Positions 55,026-63,852 of a DNA stretch of 64,000 nucleotides are shown one piece after another (the stretch's first letter is position 1; the number at the start of each line of letters is the position of its first letter). The position numbers and the translations under genes were made by a program. Where the stretch lies: the NCBI GenBank assembly GCA_963714425.1, contig CAVQOI010000003.1, positions 8,062 through 72,061 on the forward strand. The letters are read 5' to 3'. Source of the DNA: an uncultured Chloroflexia bacterium (GTDB lineage: Bacteria > Chloroflexota > Anaerolineae > Anaerolineales > UBA4823). The notes under the pieces are model-generated. The model did no database searches, was not told where the DNA came from, and worked only from the letters and a program-made list of their open reading frames with translations.

Positions 55026-56910
55026 CTACTCGACCGGAATTTCCTTGTACACTTTGTCCACATCGATGCCCTGGCGGCGACGGTAGGCGTTGAAGCCGAA
55101 GTAAATCGCCGCAGCCAGCCCGTAGTTGATCAGCATGAAGACCATTGAGCTCAAGTTGCTCCAGCCGATGGCGTAGTAGGCGAAATCGAAGGGCGCTACA
55201 TGGGGATCCCAGAACCACTCGATCAGCAGCCAGTCCAGGAAGCCCAGGAACACCAGCCCGGCCAGGGTGATCAGCGGCATCGCAGCGCCGGAGGCGACCT
55301 TGCTGCCTACAACGTACAGGATCCACACCAGCATCACTGCGTTGAAAGCTGTAAGCGCAGCGACCAGGATCACGATCAGCCAGGTGAGTGGGGTAGCCAG
55401 CTCAGTCCCAGGCAGGCCGCTCATCACGGAGATGGCATAGCTGACGGAAGTGTAGATGAGATAAGCCGCCGCCACCGCAAAAACTGCGGTCATCAGCCAT
55501 CCCAGCCAGGATGGCACTTTGTAGCGGGCGATGGGCGAGCCCTCGAAGACCTCCTTCTGCCGCCAGGGCAGGATGGTTGCCGCCACCGTGGTACCCAAGA
55601 AGGTGACCGCGATCACAAGGGTGGCGTCCAGCACCAATGTCTGGAAGTTGAAGATATTGAAGGCATACAGGATGGATACAATTATCGATGGGATCACCAT
55701 CAGCAGCAGGGCGTTGACAGGTGTGCGCGTGCGAGGCTCTACCGCTGAAGCCCACTCAGGCAGCATGCGGTCGAAGGCTGCAGCAAAGATCACTCGCGTG
55801 GAGCTCAAGAACACCGTGCCCGACCAGCCGAACCACCACAGGCTCATCAGCAGGATAACGATAAATTGCAGCACGGGGCTCTTGGTCATGAAAGCGGCGA
55901 AGAGCACCGGGTAGGGCCAGAAGGGCAGGGGAGGCGCCTCTTCCACGTAGCCCCAGGTGTAGTTCCAGAACGCGCCGTTGGCCTTGTTGTAGAAATCCCA
56001 GCCAAGGGTCTTTGCGATTAGGGCAAAGAAAACCAGCGCCAGGATTGCCGTGACCACGATGGCAGCCGCCATGCCCCAGAAGTTGCGCTTGTAATCCGAA
56101 GCGCCGCGCACCTCGCCGTACAAGGTAGATCCCCAGTTCGGCCACAGGTTGAAGAACACGATCATGGGGATCAGCAAGAAGCTGGCGCCGAAGGCCAGGT
56201 TTCCCAGCGGCGCGGCAACTGTTCCGGCTGCTTCGCCGGCAGCCAGGGTAGCGTCATACAGGCCGCCTCCCTGCGCGCCGAAGAGCGCCGGGGCGAACTG
56301 GTCCAGGTTTGCGACGAAGGTCTCGTTGTTGCCGAAAAGAAGCAGGGCGAAGACCAGCGCCAGCCCGACCATGCCGCCCCAGAAGCAGAACTTCTGCACG
56401 CGGGCGTACCACTTCATGCCAATGGCGATGTAAAAGAAGCAGATACCGCAAACAACCAGCATGCCCACCAGCAAGCCGGTATTTTGTTGTGGTGAACCAC
56501 AGGGCGGCTGCTTTGAACCCCAGGATACCCAGGATAGGGGTGAAGAACTCGTAGTTAAGCATCTGCCCGTAGAGCGGCACCCACAGCCACAAGATGAACC
56601 ACCATCCAGTGACAGCCAGGATGAAGCCCCAGCCTCGCCCCAGGATGCGCGATTGCCACACGTAATCGCCGCCAGCACGCGGCATGGCAGAGATCAAGCT
56701 GGCGTACACGATCACCTCGAAGATTGTAAATATGCCGCCGATAACAACCGCCGTGGCAAGGTTGCCCTCAAAATAGTAACAGTAGGAGAAGATGAACAGA
56801 CCCAGGGTAATCAGGTTGATTGAGAATGTCGCGTAGATGAACGCATCGAATATAGACCAGGATCTAACCAGACCGCTGGCTTTACGCACGAAAAGGGTTA
56901 CCTCACTCAT
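55026..56910 (-). pseudogene. APC-superfamily permease (paralog of 61853..63703), frame broken by a 1-nt insertion in an A4 run
   Basis: ORFs 56254..56910 and 55026..56678 join as ..GFKAAALWFTT(T)|NTGLLVGMLVV.. at tttt 56482-56485. This aligns with IGLWFTGATGIIVTSIL of the paralog. The two share the N-terminus F.RKASGLVR and the C-terminus KEIP.E. Confidence 0.8.
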
Positions 56911-56999
56911 GTCAATGCTCCTCCAAGATTGTTGATTGGTTATCTTCCGTTTCCGCGAACTATTGAAGTTTCCTGACTTCCACCTCCTCTCACGGTTTT

Positions 57000-57092
57000 A
57001 CCCCTCCCCCAAGAAGGGGGAGTAATTTCTCTTCTTCCCTCCCCCATTTGGGGGAGGGGAAGCCTGCCGGAGGCAGGTAAGGGGTGGGGGTA
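57000..57092. repeat. GC-rich hairpin repeat family member (two hairpins)
   Basis: cccctcccccaagaagggggag ... ccctcccccatttgggggaggggaagcctgccggaggcaggtaaggggtggggg. Confidence 0.7.
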
Positions 57093-57140
57093 ATCTCCGG
57101 TGTGAAGCATACCAAACCTTATAATTGTTATAAAAGCTTA

Positions 57141-58079
57141 CTATCCCGTCACCATGATGTAGTTGCCCAGTGCCTTGGGTTTCAATTCGATCACGACACC
57201 GTGCAGGATACCCTGCTCGTACATGCTACCAGGATTGATGCACAGCGTCCGGCGTAACTTGCGTGAGCCTTTACCTTCGTGGATGTGCCCGTGCAGGCTT
57301 ACCAGGGGCTGGTACTTCTCAATGACATTCAAGACCGCACGGCTTCCCACCGGCACCAGCGAGCGACCGGCGTATGCCGGACGCAGGTCGTCGGTGAGCT
57401 CAGGCGCTTCGTCCAGCCCGCTGCCATAGGGAGGTGCGTGCAAATTGAAGACCGCGTTGGGGATATCGCGAACCTGGCTGATCACGGATTCGATGCGTTG
57501 CAGGAGTGCCTCATCGGGCTCCTCCCGGTGCGTGTTCCAGGGGGTGGGGTTGCTCCAGCCGGTGCTGGCCATCTCGTGGTGGTCGTCGAGCTGCACTACG
57601 CGCCCTTCAGCCAGCTTCACGCTCTTAGAAGACGCCAGAACCGGGTCGATCTCCATCATGTCGTCGTTGCCAGGACACACATAGCAGTTAATTCCAGTGC
57701 CTGCCAGCTTCTCATCGGCATAGTCCATCCAGCGCTGGACAGTGCTCAAAGCCTGTTCCAGGAACAGTTCGTCCGATTTGCCCGGGGTAGATGAGATAAA
57801 CGCCACCTCGTCAGGATCGGTTACGTAGGGATAGTATCCCCGATTCTGGATTGTCTGAGCCATCTTATCCACTTCTTCCTGGCTTTCCATGATGGTCTCT
57901 TGTTCCAGCAGGGTGACTTTGTATTTCCCACCACCTTGGGCGATAATGGGAATTATCGCTTTGCCGGTCATATCCCCGCCCAGGATTAGGGTATCCACTT
58001 CGTAGAATTTGCCGGCGTTGATGAATTTCTTCCAGCAGATCTCAGAGCCGTGAACGTCAGTGGCGTAATATAATTTCAT
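57141..58079 (-). CDS. cytoplasmic metallophosphoesterase family protein
   Basis: ATDVHGS, LILGGDMTGK, PGNDD, NLHAPP and HGHIHEG motifs. It is a paralog of the partial gene at 63853..64000. Confidence 0.8.
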   Translation of the reverse strand: MKLYYATDVHGSEICWKKFINAGKFYEVDTLILGGDMTGKAIIPIIAQGGGKYKVTLLEQETIMESQEEVDKMAQTIQNRGYYPYVTDPDEVAFISSTPGKSDELFLEQALSTVQRWMDYADEKLAGTGINCYVCPGNDDMMEIDPVLASSKSVKLAEGRVVQLDDHHEMASTGWSNPTPWNTHREEPDEALLQRIESVISQVRDIPNAVFNLHAPPYGSGLDEAPELTDDLRPAYAGRSLVPVGSRAVLNVIEKYQPLVSLHGHIHEGKGSRKLRRTLCINPGSMYEQGILHGVVIELKPKALGNYIMVTG

Positions 58080-58111
58080 GGGGCTCTCCTTGGGTTAATC
58101 ATCCATAATTA

Positions 58112-58139
58112 ACTATAATCATTCCTTCGAACTTGTCAA
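58112..58139 (-). promoter_or_regulatory. near-consensus sigma70 promoter TTGACA-16-TATAGT (minus strand) upstream of the phosphoesterase gene
   Basis: Minus-strand reading gives cgaTTGACAagttcgaaggaatgatTATAGTtaattatgg. The -10 box ends 32 nt before the ATG at 58079. Confidence 0.6.
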
Positions 58140-58175
58140 TCGATTCTGTGAAGTTATGCATCCTTTGACAAGTTT

Positions 58176-58189
58176 ATTGCTATAGCAAT
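58176..58189. promoter_or_regulatory. 14-bp perfect palindrome ATTGCTATAGCAAT (candidate operator)
   Basis: Read directly. It lies just upstream of the -35 box. A second inverted repeat, AACTTGTCAA (58130-58139) / TTGACAAGTT (58165-58174), overlaps the -35. Confidence 0.45.
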
Positions 58190-58261
58190 TATTTCTTGAA
58201 TCTCTGGTGCTCTCTCGATGTGCCCGCAGATCAACTGCGGGCAATCGGCGCAGAGAAGTTG

Positions 58262-59167
58262 TTATTTCTCCTGTACATCTTTGAGCCACCCAGGGAATTC
58301 GGGGGAGTCCAGCTTCTCCTCAGCCCTCCCCCAACGCTCGATCGCCCATCCCCAGAAGTCATAATCGATGGTGGAGATCTTGGCTTGGATGGCAGCCCAC
58401 AGTGCCCAGCCCACGTCGGACATGATCATGTTCAGCTTCATGCGCGCCAGCTTGGATAGCGTGGCCGCGCCAAAATAAGCAGCGCACATCTCCTGGATGC
58501 GTTCTTCGTCAAAGCCCATCTCCTGGCAGGTGTTGCCCAGCTCAAAACAGGGATCATTGTTGCCGCTGTATTCGTAGTCGATCAAGCGCAGCAGTTTTCC
58601 GTCGTCAATGTAATTCTCGCCCAGCAGGTCATTGTTGCAAGGCACGCTGGCAAGCGGCTGGGCGGCGAAGGCTTTTTCGATCTGGTATACCGCAGGCATG
58701 CGCTCGGGATAGCGATCGGGGATGGTGACATCATACTGCTTGCAGATATCCAGGTAGAACTCGGTCAGGCGGAACATATTGAAATCAGTGAGAAAGGGCG
58801 GCCCGTTGTGCAGCATCTTGATCGATTGCGCCATACGCGTGGGCATGCCCGGCTCCTGAAGCTTGTCTTTAGACATGGTTTCGCCGTAGATAAACTCCAG
58901 AACCATCACATCGTGTTCCGGCAGGTGGTAGACCACTTTTGCTCCCACGCCTGCCTGCGCAGCCGCCTTGGTGTTGTGCACTTCGTTTTTGCGGTCGATT
59001 GCCAGTAGTTCCGTCTTGGGACCGGGGATGCGCACGAAATACGGTACGCGATCAACTTCTACGCGGAAGTTTGTGTTGGTCAGACCTCCCAAAAGGGGTT
59101 GGATGGCGACCAGCTTCCCCCGCCAGTCTGGAATGCTCTTGGCAACTTCCTCGATGGTGATGGTCAT
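58262..59167 (-). CDS. choline/ethanolamine-kinase-like phosphotransferase (APH/ChoK fold)
   Basis: LLGGLTNTNFRV. Brenner-type motif PCNNDLLGENYI (Asn in the usual His position). LIDYEYSGNNDPCFELGN. Confidence 0.8.
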   Translation of the reverse strand: MTITIEEVAKSIPDWRGKLVAIQPLLGGLTNTNFRVEVDRVPYFVRIPGPKTELLAIDRKNEVHNTKAAAQAGVGAKVVYHLPEHDVMVLEFIYGETMSKDKLQEPGMPTRMAQSIKMLHNGPPFLTDFNMFRLTEFYLDICKQYDVTIPDRYPERMPAVYQIEKAFAAQPLASVPCNNDLLGENYIDDGKLLRLIDYEYSGNNDPCFELGNTCQEMGFDEERIQEMCAAYFGAATLSKLARMKLNMIMSDVGWALWAAIQAKISTIDYDFWGWAIERWGRAEEKLDSPEFPGWLKDVQEK

Positions 59168-59187
59168 GCAAGTCTCCTCGAAATGAA

Positions 59188-59223
59188 GACCCTAAAGGTG
59201 GGTGATCGCGCACCTTTAGGGTC
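59188..59223. other. intercistronic hairpin between the FAD/GcvT gene and the kinase gene
   Basis: gaccctaaaggtg / cacctttagggtc is a perfect 13-bp stem with a 10-nt loop. Confidence 0.45.
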
Positions 59224-59233
59224 TTTAAGGGCT

Positions 59234-61660
59234 CTAAGCCCTGAGCCTCTCGCCTTTCGGGTCGAGCAGGACGGTGGGTGAAACTTCCGCGGGATGCACG
59301 GCATCGAATACATCCAGCATCAGCCGGGTGCCTCTCTTCGCCAATTCCAATGGTAAATAGGCGTAGACGATATTGCGCTTGAGCGTGTATCCATAGCCGC
59401 CCGAGCGCACACGCGAGACGACCTGCTTGCCGAGATATACAGCCTCTCCCCCATAAACCGGCAGGAACTCCTCCCCATCCAGTACCAGGGTGCACAGCTT
59501 ACGATCCACCCCCGCTTCTTTGACCTTGACCAAAGCATCCCGCCCAGTGAAGTCACCTTTCTCCATGTCCACGCAGAAACCCAGACCGGCAGCGTAGGGA
59601 TTTTCCATGGGGGTTACGTCGGCGGTGAAGTAGCGGTAGCCTTTTTCCAGGCGCAGCGAGTCGGCAGCCTTGTAGCCCGCTAACTCCAGGCCGAAATCCT
59701 TCCCGGCTTCGTACAGCAGATCCCAAAGCATCATAGCCCGCTCATAGGGTACGTACAGCTCCCAGCCGAGCTCACCCACATAGCTGACGCGCTGGGCCAG
59801 CACCTGGGCATCGTTGACTTCGATCCACACCGCGGTCAGATAGGGGTTTGCCTGGTTTGAGACATCGCTGGCGGTCACTTTGCTTAGCACGTGGCGCGCT
59901 TTGGGACCCCACAGAGCCAGGCAAGCCCAATCGGTGGTCACGTCTCGCACTTCTACCGGGGGGTCGTCAGAGCGGATCGCCATACGAATCCACCCCAAGT
60001 CGTTGGCAATAAAACCAGAGCCGGTAACCACCCGGAAATAATCTTCCCCGAGGCGGGTGATGGTAAGGTCGGCCTCCACCCCGCCGCGCGTGTTGAGCAG
60101 CTGGGTGTAGATTGCGCTGCCCACCGGGCGGTCGATGTTGCTGTCTGCCACGCGCTGCATGAGGGCCAGGGCGCCGGGACCGCGCACATCGAACTTGCCG
60201 AAGGATGTCAGGTCGAACAGCGCCACACGCTCGCGAGCGGCCTCATGTTCCTGCCCAACCCGCTCAAAGAACGGTGGGCGCGTCCAACCCCACTGGCGCT
60301 GGTCTGCGCCTGCCATGCGCCATGGCTTGCCTGGCTGGAAGAAGTTGACTCGCTCCCAACCGAATTTCTCACCGAATACGGCGCCATGCTCTTGCAGCCT
60401 GAAATGCACCGGGCTGGTGCGATATGGGCGCGCCCATTCGTTCTCGTCATGAGGGAATTTCAGGCGATAGTAGTATTTGACGCACTCGCGTGTGCGCTCG
60501 ACGGCATAGGGCGTATGGGCGAAGTAATCGCCGAAGCGCGTGGAGCGGAACGCGTATATATCCTGGGTTGGCTCGCCTTCCACAATCCACTCTGCCATCA
60601 ACCTGCCCATGCCTCCGGCGCCGCCATAGCCATTCAACGACATACCGCACGTATTCCAGAAACCGCGCACCCCGGGCATAGGTCCCAGGATAGGCTGGCA
60701 ATCGGGGGTGTAGGCGCCGGGATGGTTCACCAGCGTGATGATCTCAGCCTTGTCGAGGAAGGGTAACCTGCGGATAGCGCCTTCAAATAACTGCTCGAAG
60801 CGGTCGAAATCCGGGGGCAGGGTGGTCCCTGCGTGATCCCAAGGGACGCCATCGATCCAGCGCTCTTTAGGGTTAGGCTCGTAGCCACCGATCACCAGTC
60901 CGCCTTGCTCTTCGCGCATGTACACCAGATTATCCGGGTCGCGCAGGCAGGGGGTGCTGTGGGCGAATTCATTGCCTGGGACGGCTTTGAGGGCGATGTG
61001 CTGGTGGTCTATCGGCACCGTGGGCAGGTGCAGCCCAGCCATGGCGGCGACGCGCGGCCCCCACAGGCCGGTGGCGTTGACCACGTGCTCGCATTTGATC
61101 GATCCCTTGTTAGTGAGCACCTCGCTCACCTCGCCTTTGGGTGAGATTTTGATGCCTGTGAGGCGTGTGCCTGTGTACACCTGGCAGCCCATCTCGCGCA
61201 CGATGCGCGCCATGCTGGTGGTGGTCAGATAAGGATCCAGGTGACCATCGCGCGGCAAGTAGATGGCGCCGTACAGGTCTTTATCGCTGAGCTGGGGCAT
61301 AATGCGCAGCGCCTCGGCAGGGGCGATTGTCTCGACCTCCATACCGATACCCTTGGCGCGGCTGACACTGCGCTGCAGCTCGCGTAGCTGCTCCTTGGAA
61401 GACGCCACGCGCAGGCTGCCAACATGGTCGAACAGGCCTAGCTCGCTGTATAGCTCGATGCTGTATTTGCGGAACTGCATTAATGTTTGGGATGTGGCAA
61501 ATTGTGTTACCAGACCGGCAGCCTGGGCAGATTCACCGCTGGCGATCTCATCCTTTTCCAGCAGCACCACATCGGTCCAACCTAGCTTGGCAAGGTGATA
61601 GGCAACGTTAACTCCGTAAATACCTCCCCCCACGACGACGACTCGAGCTTGGTCTTTCAT
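59234..61660 (-). CDS. FAD-dependent oxidoreductase fused to a GcvT-like folate-binding aminomethyltransferase domain (dimethylglycine/sarcosine dehydrogenase family)
   Basis: The start is taken at MKDQARVVVVGGGIYG (GGAGG lies 9 nt upstream). The DAO domain is followed by GcvT and GcvT_C-like regions (..FDLTSFGKFDVRGPGA.., ..LRLEKGY..). About 808 aa. Confidence 0.85.
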   Translation of the reverse strand: MKDQARVVVVGGGIYGVNVAYHLAKLGWTDVVLLEKDEIASGESAQAAGLVTQFATSQTLMQFRKYSIELYSELGLFDHVGSLRVASSKEQLRELQRSVSRAKGIGMEVETIAPAEALRIMPQLSDKDLYGAIYLPRDGHLDPYLTTTSMARIVREMGCQVYTGTRLTGIKISPKGEVSEVLTNKGSIKCEHVVNATGLWGPRVAAMAGLHLPTVPIDHQHIALKAVPGNEFAHSTPCLRDPDNLVYMREEQGGLVIGGYEPNPKERWIDGVPWDHAGTTLPPDFDRFEQLFEGAIRRLPFLDKAEIITLVNHPGAYTPDCQPILGPMPGVRGFWNTCGMSLNGYGGAGGMGRLMAEWIVEGEPTQDIYAFRSTRFGDYFAHTPYAVERTRECVKYYYRLKFPHDENEWARPYRTSPVHFRLQEHGAVFGEKFGWERVNFFQPGKPWRMAGADQRQWGWTRPPFFERVGQEHEAARERVALFDLTSFGKFDVRGPGALALMQRVADSNIDRPVGSAIYTQLLNTRGGVEADLTITRLGEDYFRVVTGSGFIANDLGWIRMAIRSDDPPVEVRDVTTDWACLALWGPKARHVLSKVTASDVSNQANPYLTAVWIEVNDAQVLAQRVSYVGELGWELYVPYERAMMLWDLLYEAGKDFGLELAGYKAADSLRLEKGYRYFTADVTPMENPYAAGLGFCVDMEKGDFTGRDALVKVKEAGVDRKLCTLVLDGEEFLPVYGGEAVYLGKQVVSRVRSGGYGYTLKRNIVYAYLPLELAKRGTRLMLDVFDAVHPAEVSPTVLLDPKGERLRA

Positions 61661-61795
61661 GGATGTGCACCTCCTCAGAATCACACGAATTGTCTATCCA
61701 TAAGGGAGGGTGCGCGTATTGTCCGATCCTCCCAAACCCTTGGACAGTTCCTACAGGAGTACAGGATCCCCCCAGGTGATTTTATTGTTGAGCTT

Positions 61796-61828
61796 CAGGG
61801 TTTCCAGCTGTGCTGGCTGGAAACCCTG
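61796..61828. other. intercistronic hairpin downstream of the APC permease gene
   Basis: cagggtttccagc / gctggaaaccctg is a perfect 13-bp stem with a 7-nt loop. Confidence 0.4.
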
Positions 61829-61852
61829 CTTTCCTGATCAGCCTGCCGGAGA

Positions 61853-63703
61853 TCACTCAGGCGGGATCTCCTTGAAGGCGTACTCCACATTGATGCCGCG
61901 CGCCCGCTGTGCCCGCTTGACCAGAATGTACCAGACGCCGGAAAGTATGATGATGCCAAATGCGATGATCTGCGCCCACAGACCGCCGATGCTGGAGAAA
62001 TCCCAGTTGCCCAGAACTCCCAGTTGCGGAGCGAGCAGGAAGGCGACCACCATCGCCATACCGAAGCCGCCGCCCAGCATACCAACGGCGGAGAGCCAGG
62101 GCATAGGCTTGCCGCTGAACCACTCCATGATGTGCTGGCGCATGGGGTTGAGGAACAGGATTACAGCGATGATCGAACCCAGCCGCACCAGCCAGATCAG
62201 CAGCGGGTAGCTGCCGAAAGCCTGCGGCGCTAGCACCCAGGAGGTGATAACGAAAGCCAGCACGCCAAGGATGGTGAATAGTACGCCGACGTAGCCGCTG
62301 ACGTTGTACTTCGCCCCGGGTGAGGCGTCATACACTTCTTTGGCGCGATAGGGCAGCAGCGCGCCTGCCAGGCAGGTGATGATGAACACATAGCCGCAGC
62401 CAAAGGTCACGCCCAGGGTCAAGCCGACCCAGCCGCCCACCAGGTTGTAAGCCAGGATGACAGGGATGCTGCCCAGGAAGTATGCCAGGTGAGCGTTCGC
62501 CGGTGTGTGCCGGCGCTCATCCACCTTGCTGAACCAATCCGGTAGCAGCCGGTCGAGCGACATGGCTACCAGCACACGCGTCATGCCGATATAGCAGTTG
62601 TGCACGATCTGATGGGAGTTCAAAATGTATCCCAGACCAATGATCAGCACGATCAACGGGCTGGCTGTTACAGCCACCGCGATAATATTAGGCCACAGGT
62701 AGAACCCATTGACGGTTGCTTCGGGGAGTCCATACCAGTAGCCCGCCCCAGCCACGTAAAGGAATTCGGAGCCAGCCAGGCGCTCCAGCCCCACCGCCAG
62801 CAGGGCCAGCAGCAAGCCGGTGACAATCAGCGAGCCGACCATGATAAAGGCCTGGTTTTTGAAGGAGCGTGCGTCCTTGATCTCGCCGTTCTGCTGGGCG
62901 CTGTAGGTAGCCCACTGCAGGGAGGTCCAGGCAATGGGGGCGACCAGGATGGTGGCAATCAGGCTGAAGGGCGGATTCACATCGACACCCGCAGACTGAG
63001 CCGCAGCCGTGGCGGTGGCGTAGAAATTCTCGCCCGCACCCGACGCGAGAGCAAAGGCATTCAGGCGCTCGACGAACTGCGATGCCGGAGTGAAGAAGAG
63101 CACGGCAAACATCACGGCAAATGCCAGCAGCACGGCATACCACATCACCCACTGGAAGCGCACGTAATTCTTGAAGCCGCTGGTCAGAATGAGCATCGAT
63201 ACCAGGGCATTCAAGATGCTGGTGACAATGATGCCGGTTGCTCCGGTAAACCATAAGCCGATACTGGTGAATGCGGCGTTATCCATCGTAGCACCCAGGC
63301 CAAGGAAGAGCGGCGCGAACCCCAGGTAGGCGAGCAGCCAGCCGGAGAGAGCTACCCACTGCAAGATCCAGATCACGTAACCCGACATCACCACAGTAAA
63401 GGCTGTGCCGCCGCCGAAGACGCGGCTCTCGAAGACGTAGTCGCCGCCCGAACGGGGTAGGGCGGTGGACAGCCACACGTAAGCCAGGGCGATGGGGATC
63501 TCGATCAGCATGGCTAGGATGATGCCCCAGGCCATCTTCCCGCCGGGTAAAGCGCCTGGCGCCCAAAGGTAGGTCCAGGGGAAGATTAATCCCATGGTCA
63601 GAATGTTATAGACGAAAGCAGAATATGGGGACATGACTCGCACCAGACCAGAAGCTTTACGGGTAAAAACCTCGGGCCGGGACGGAGCGGTTGTTGCAGT
63701 CAT
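61853..63703 (-). CDS. APC-superfamily permease
   Basis: 616 aa with about 14 TM segments. It is a paralog of 55026..56910. Confidence 0.85.
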   Translation of the reverse strand: MTATTAPSRPEVFTRKASGLVRVMSPYSAFVYNILTMGLIFPWTYLWAPGALPGGKMAWGIILAMLIEIPIALAYVWLSTALPRSGGDYVFESRVFGGGTAFTVVMSGYVIWILQWVALSGWLLAYLGFAPLFLGLGATMDNAAFTSIGLWFTGATGIIVTSILNALVSMLILTSGFKNYVRFQWVMWYAVLLAFAVMFAVLFFTPASQFVERLNAFALASGAGENFYATATAAAQSAGVDVNPPFSLIATILVAPIAWTSLQWATYSAQQNGEIKDARSFKNQAFIMVGSLIVTGLLLALLAVGLERLAGSEFLYVAGAGYWYGLPEATVNGFYLWPNIIAVAVTASPLIVLIIGLGYILNSHQIVHNCYIGMTRVLVAMSLDRLLPDWFSKVDERRHTPANAHLAYFLGSIPVILAYNLVGGWVGLTLGVTFGCGYVFIITCLAGALLPYRAKEVYDASPGAKYNVSGYVGVLFTILGVLAFVITSWVLAPQAFGSYPLLIWLVRLGSIIAVILFLNPMRQHIMEWFSGKPMPWLSAVGMLGGGFGMAMVVAFLLAPQLGVLGNWDFSSIGGLWAQIIAFGIIILSGVWYILVKRAQRARGINVEYAFKEIPPE

Positions 63704-63852
63704 CTTTTCCTCCTATTGGTCGTTGATCAATGAATTTTCGTTGAGAACGTTGCCGGGGACTTGCACCCAGGGCTGGTGGACCAGCCTGCGGTTAAGCCTG
63801 CCTGCACTAGACAACCCAATATATGCCCAATAGTTTCCTCCTTTTCCAATGC

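Noticed and set aside
18555-56490. Frameshifts, considered as programmed ribosomal frameshifting or phase variation
   Set aside because: I saw no slippery heptamer plus stimulatory structure. The sites are heterogeneous, hit unrelated housekeeping genes, and include one gene with two non-compensating shifts. Consensus indel error is the simpler explanation.
59891-60766. 291-aa plus-strand ORF inside the DMGDH-like gene
   Set aside because: It is an antisense shadow ORF. The minus-strand frame carries the FAD and GcvT motifs.
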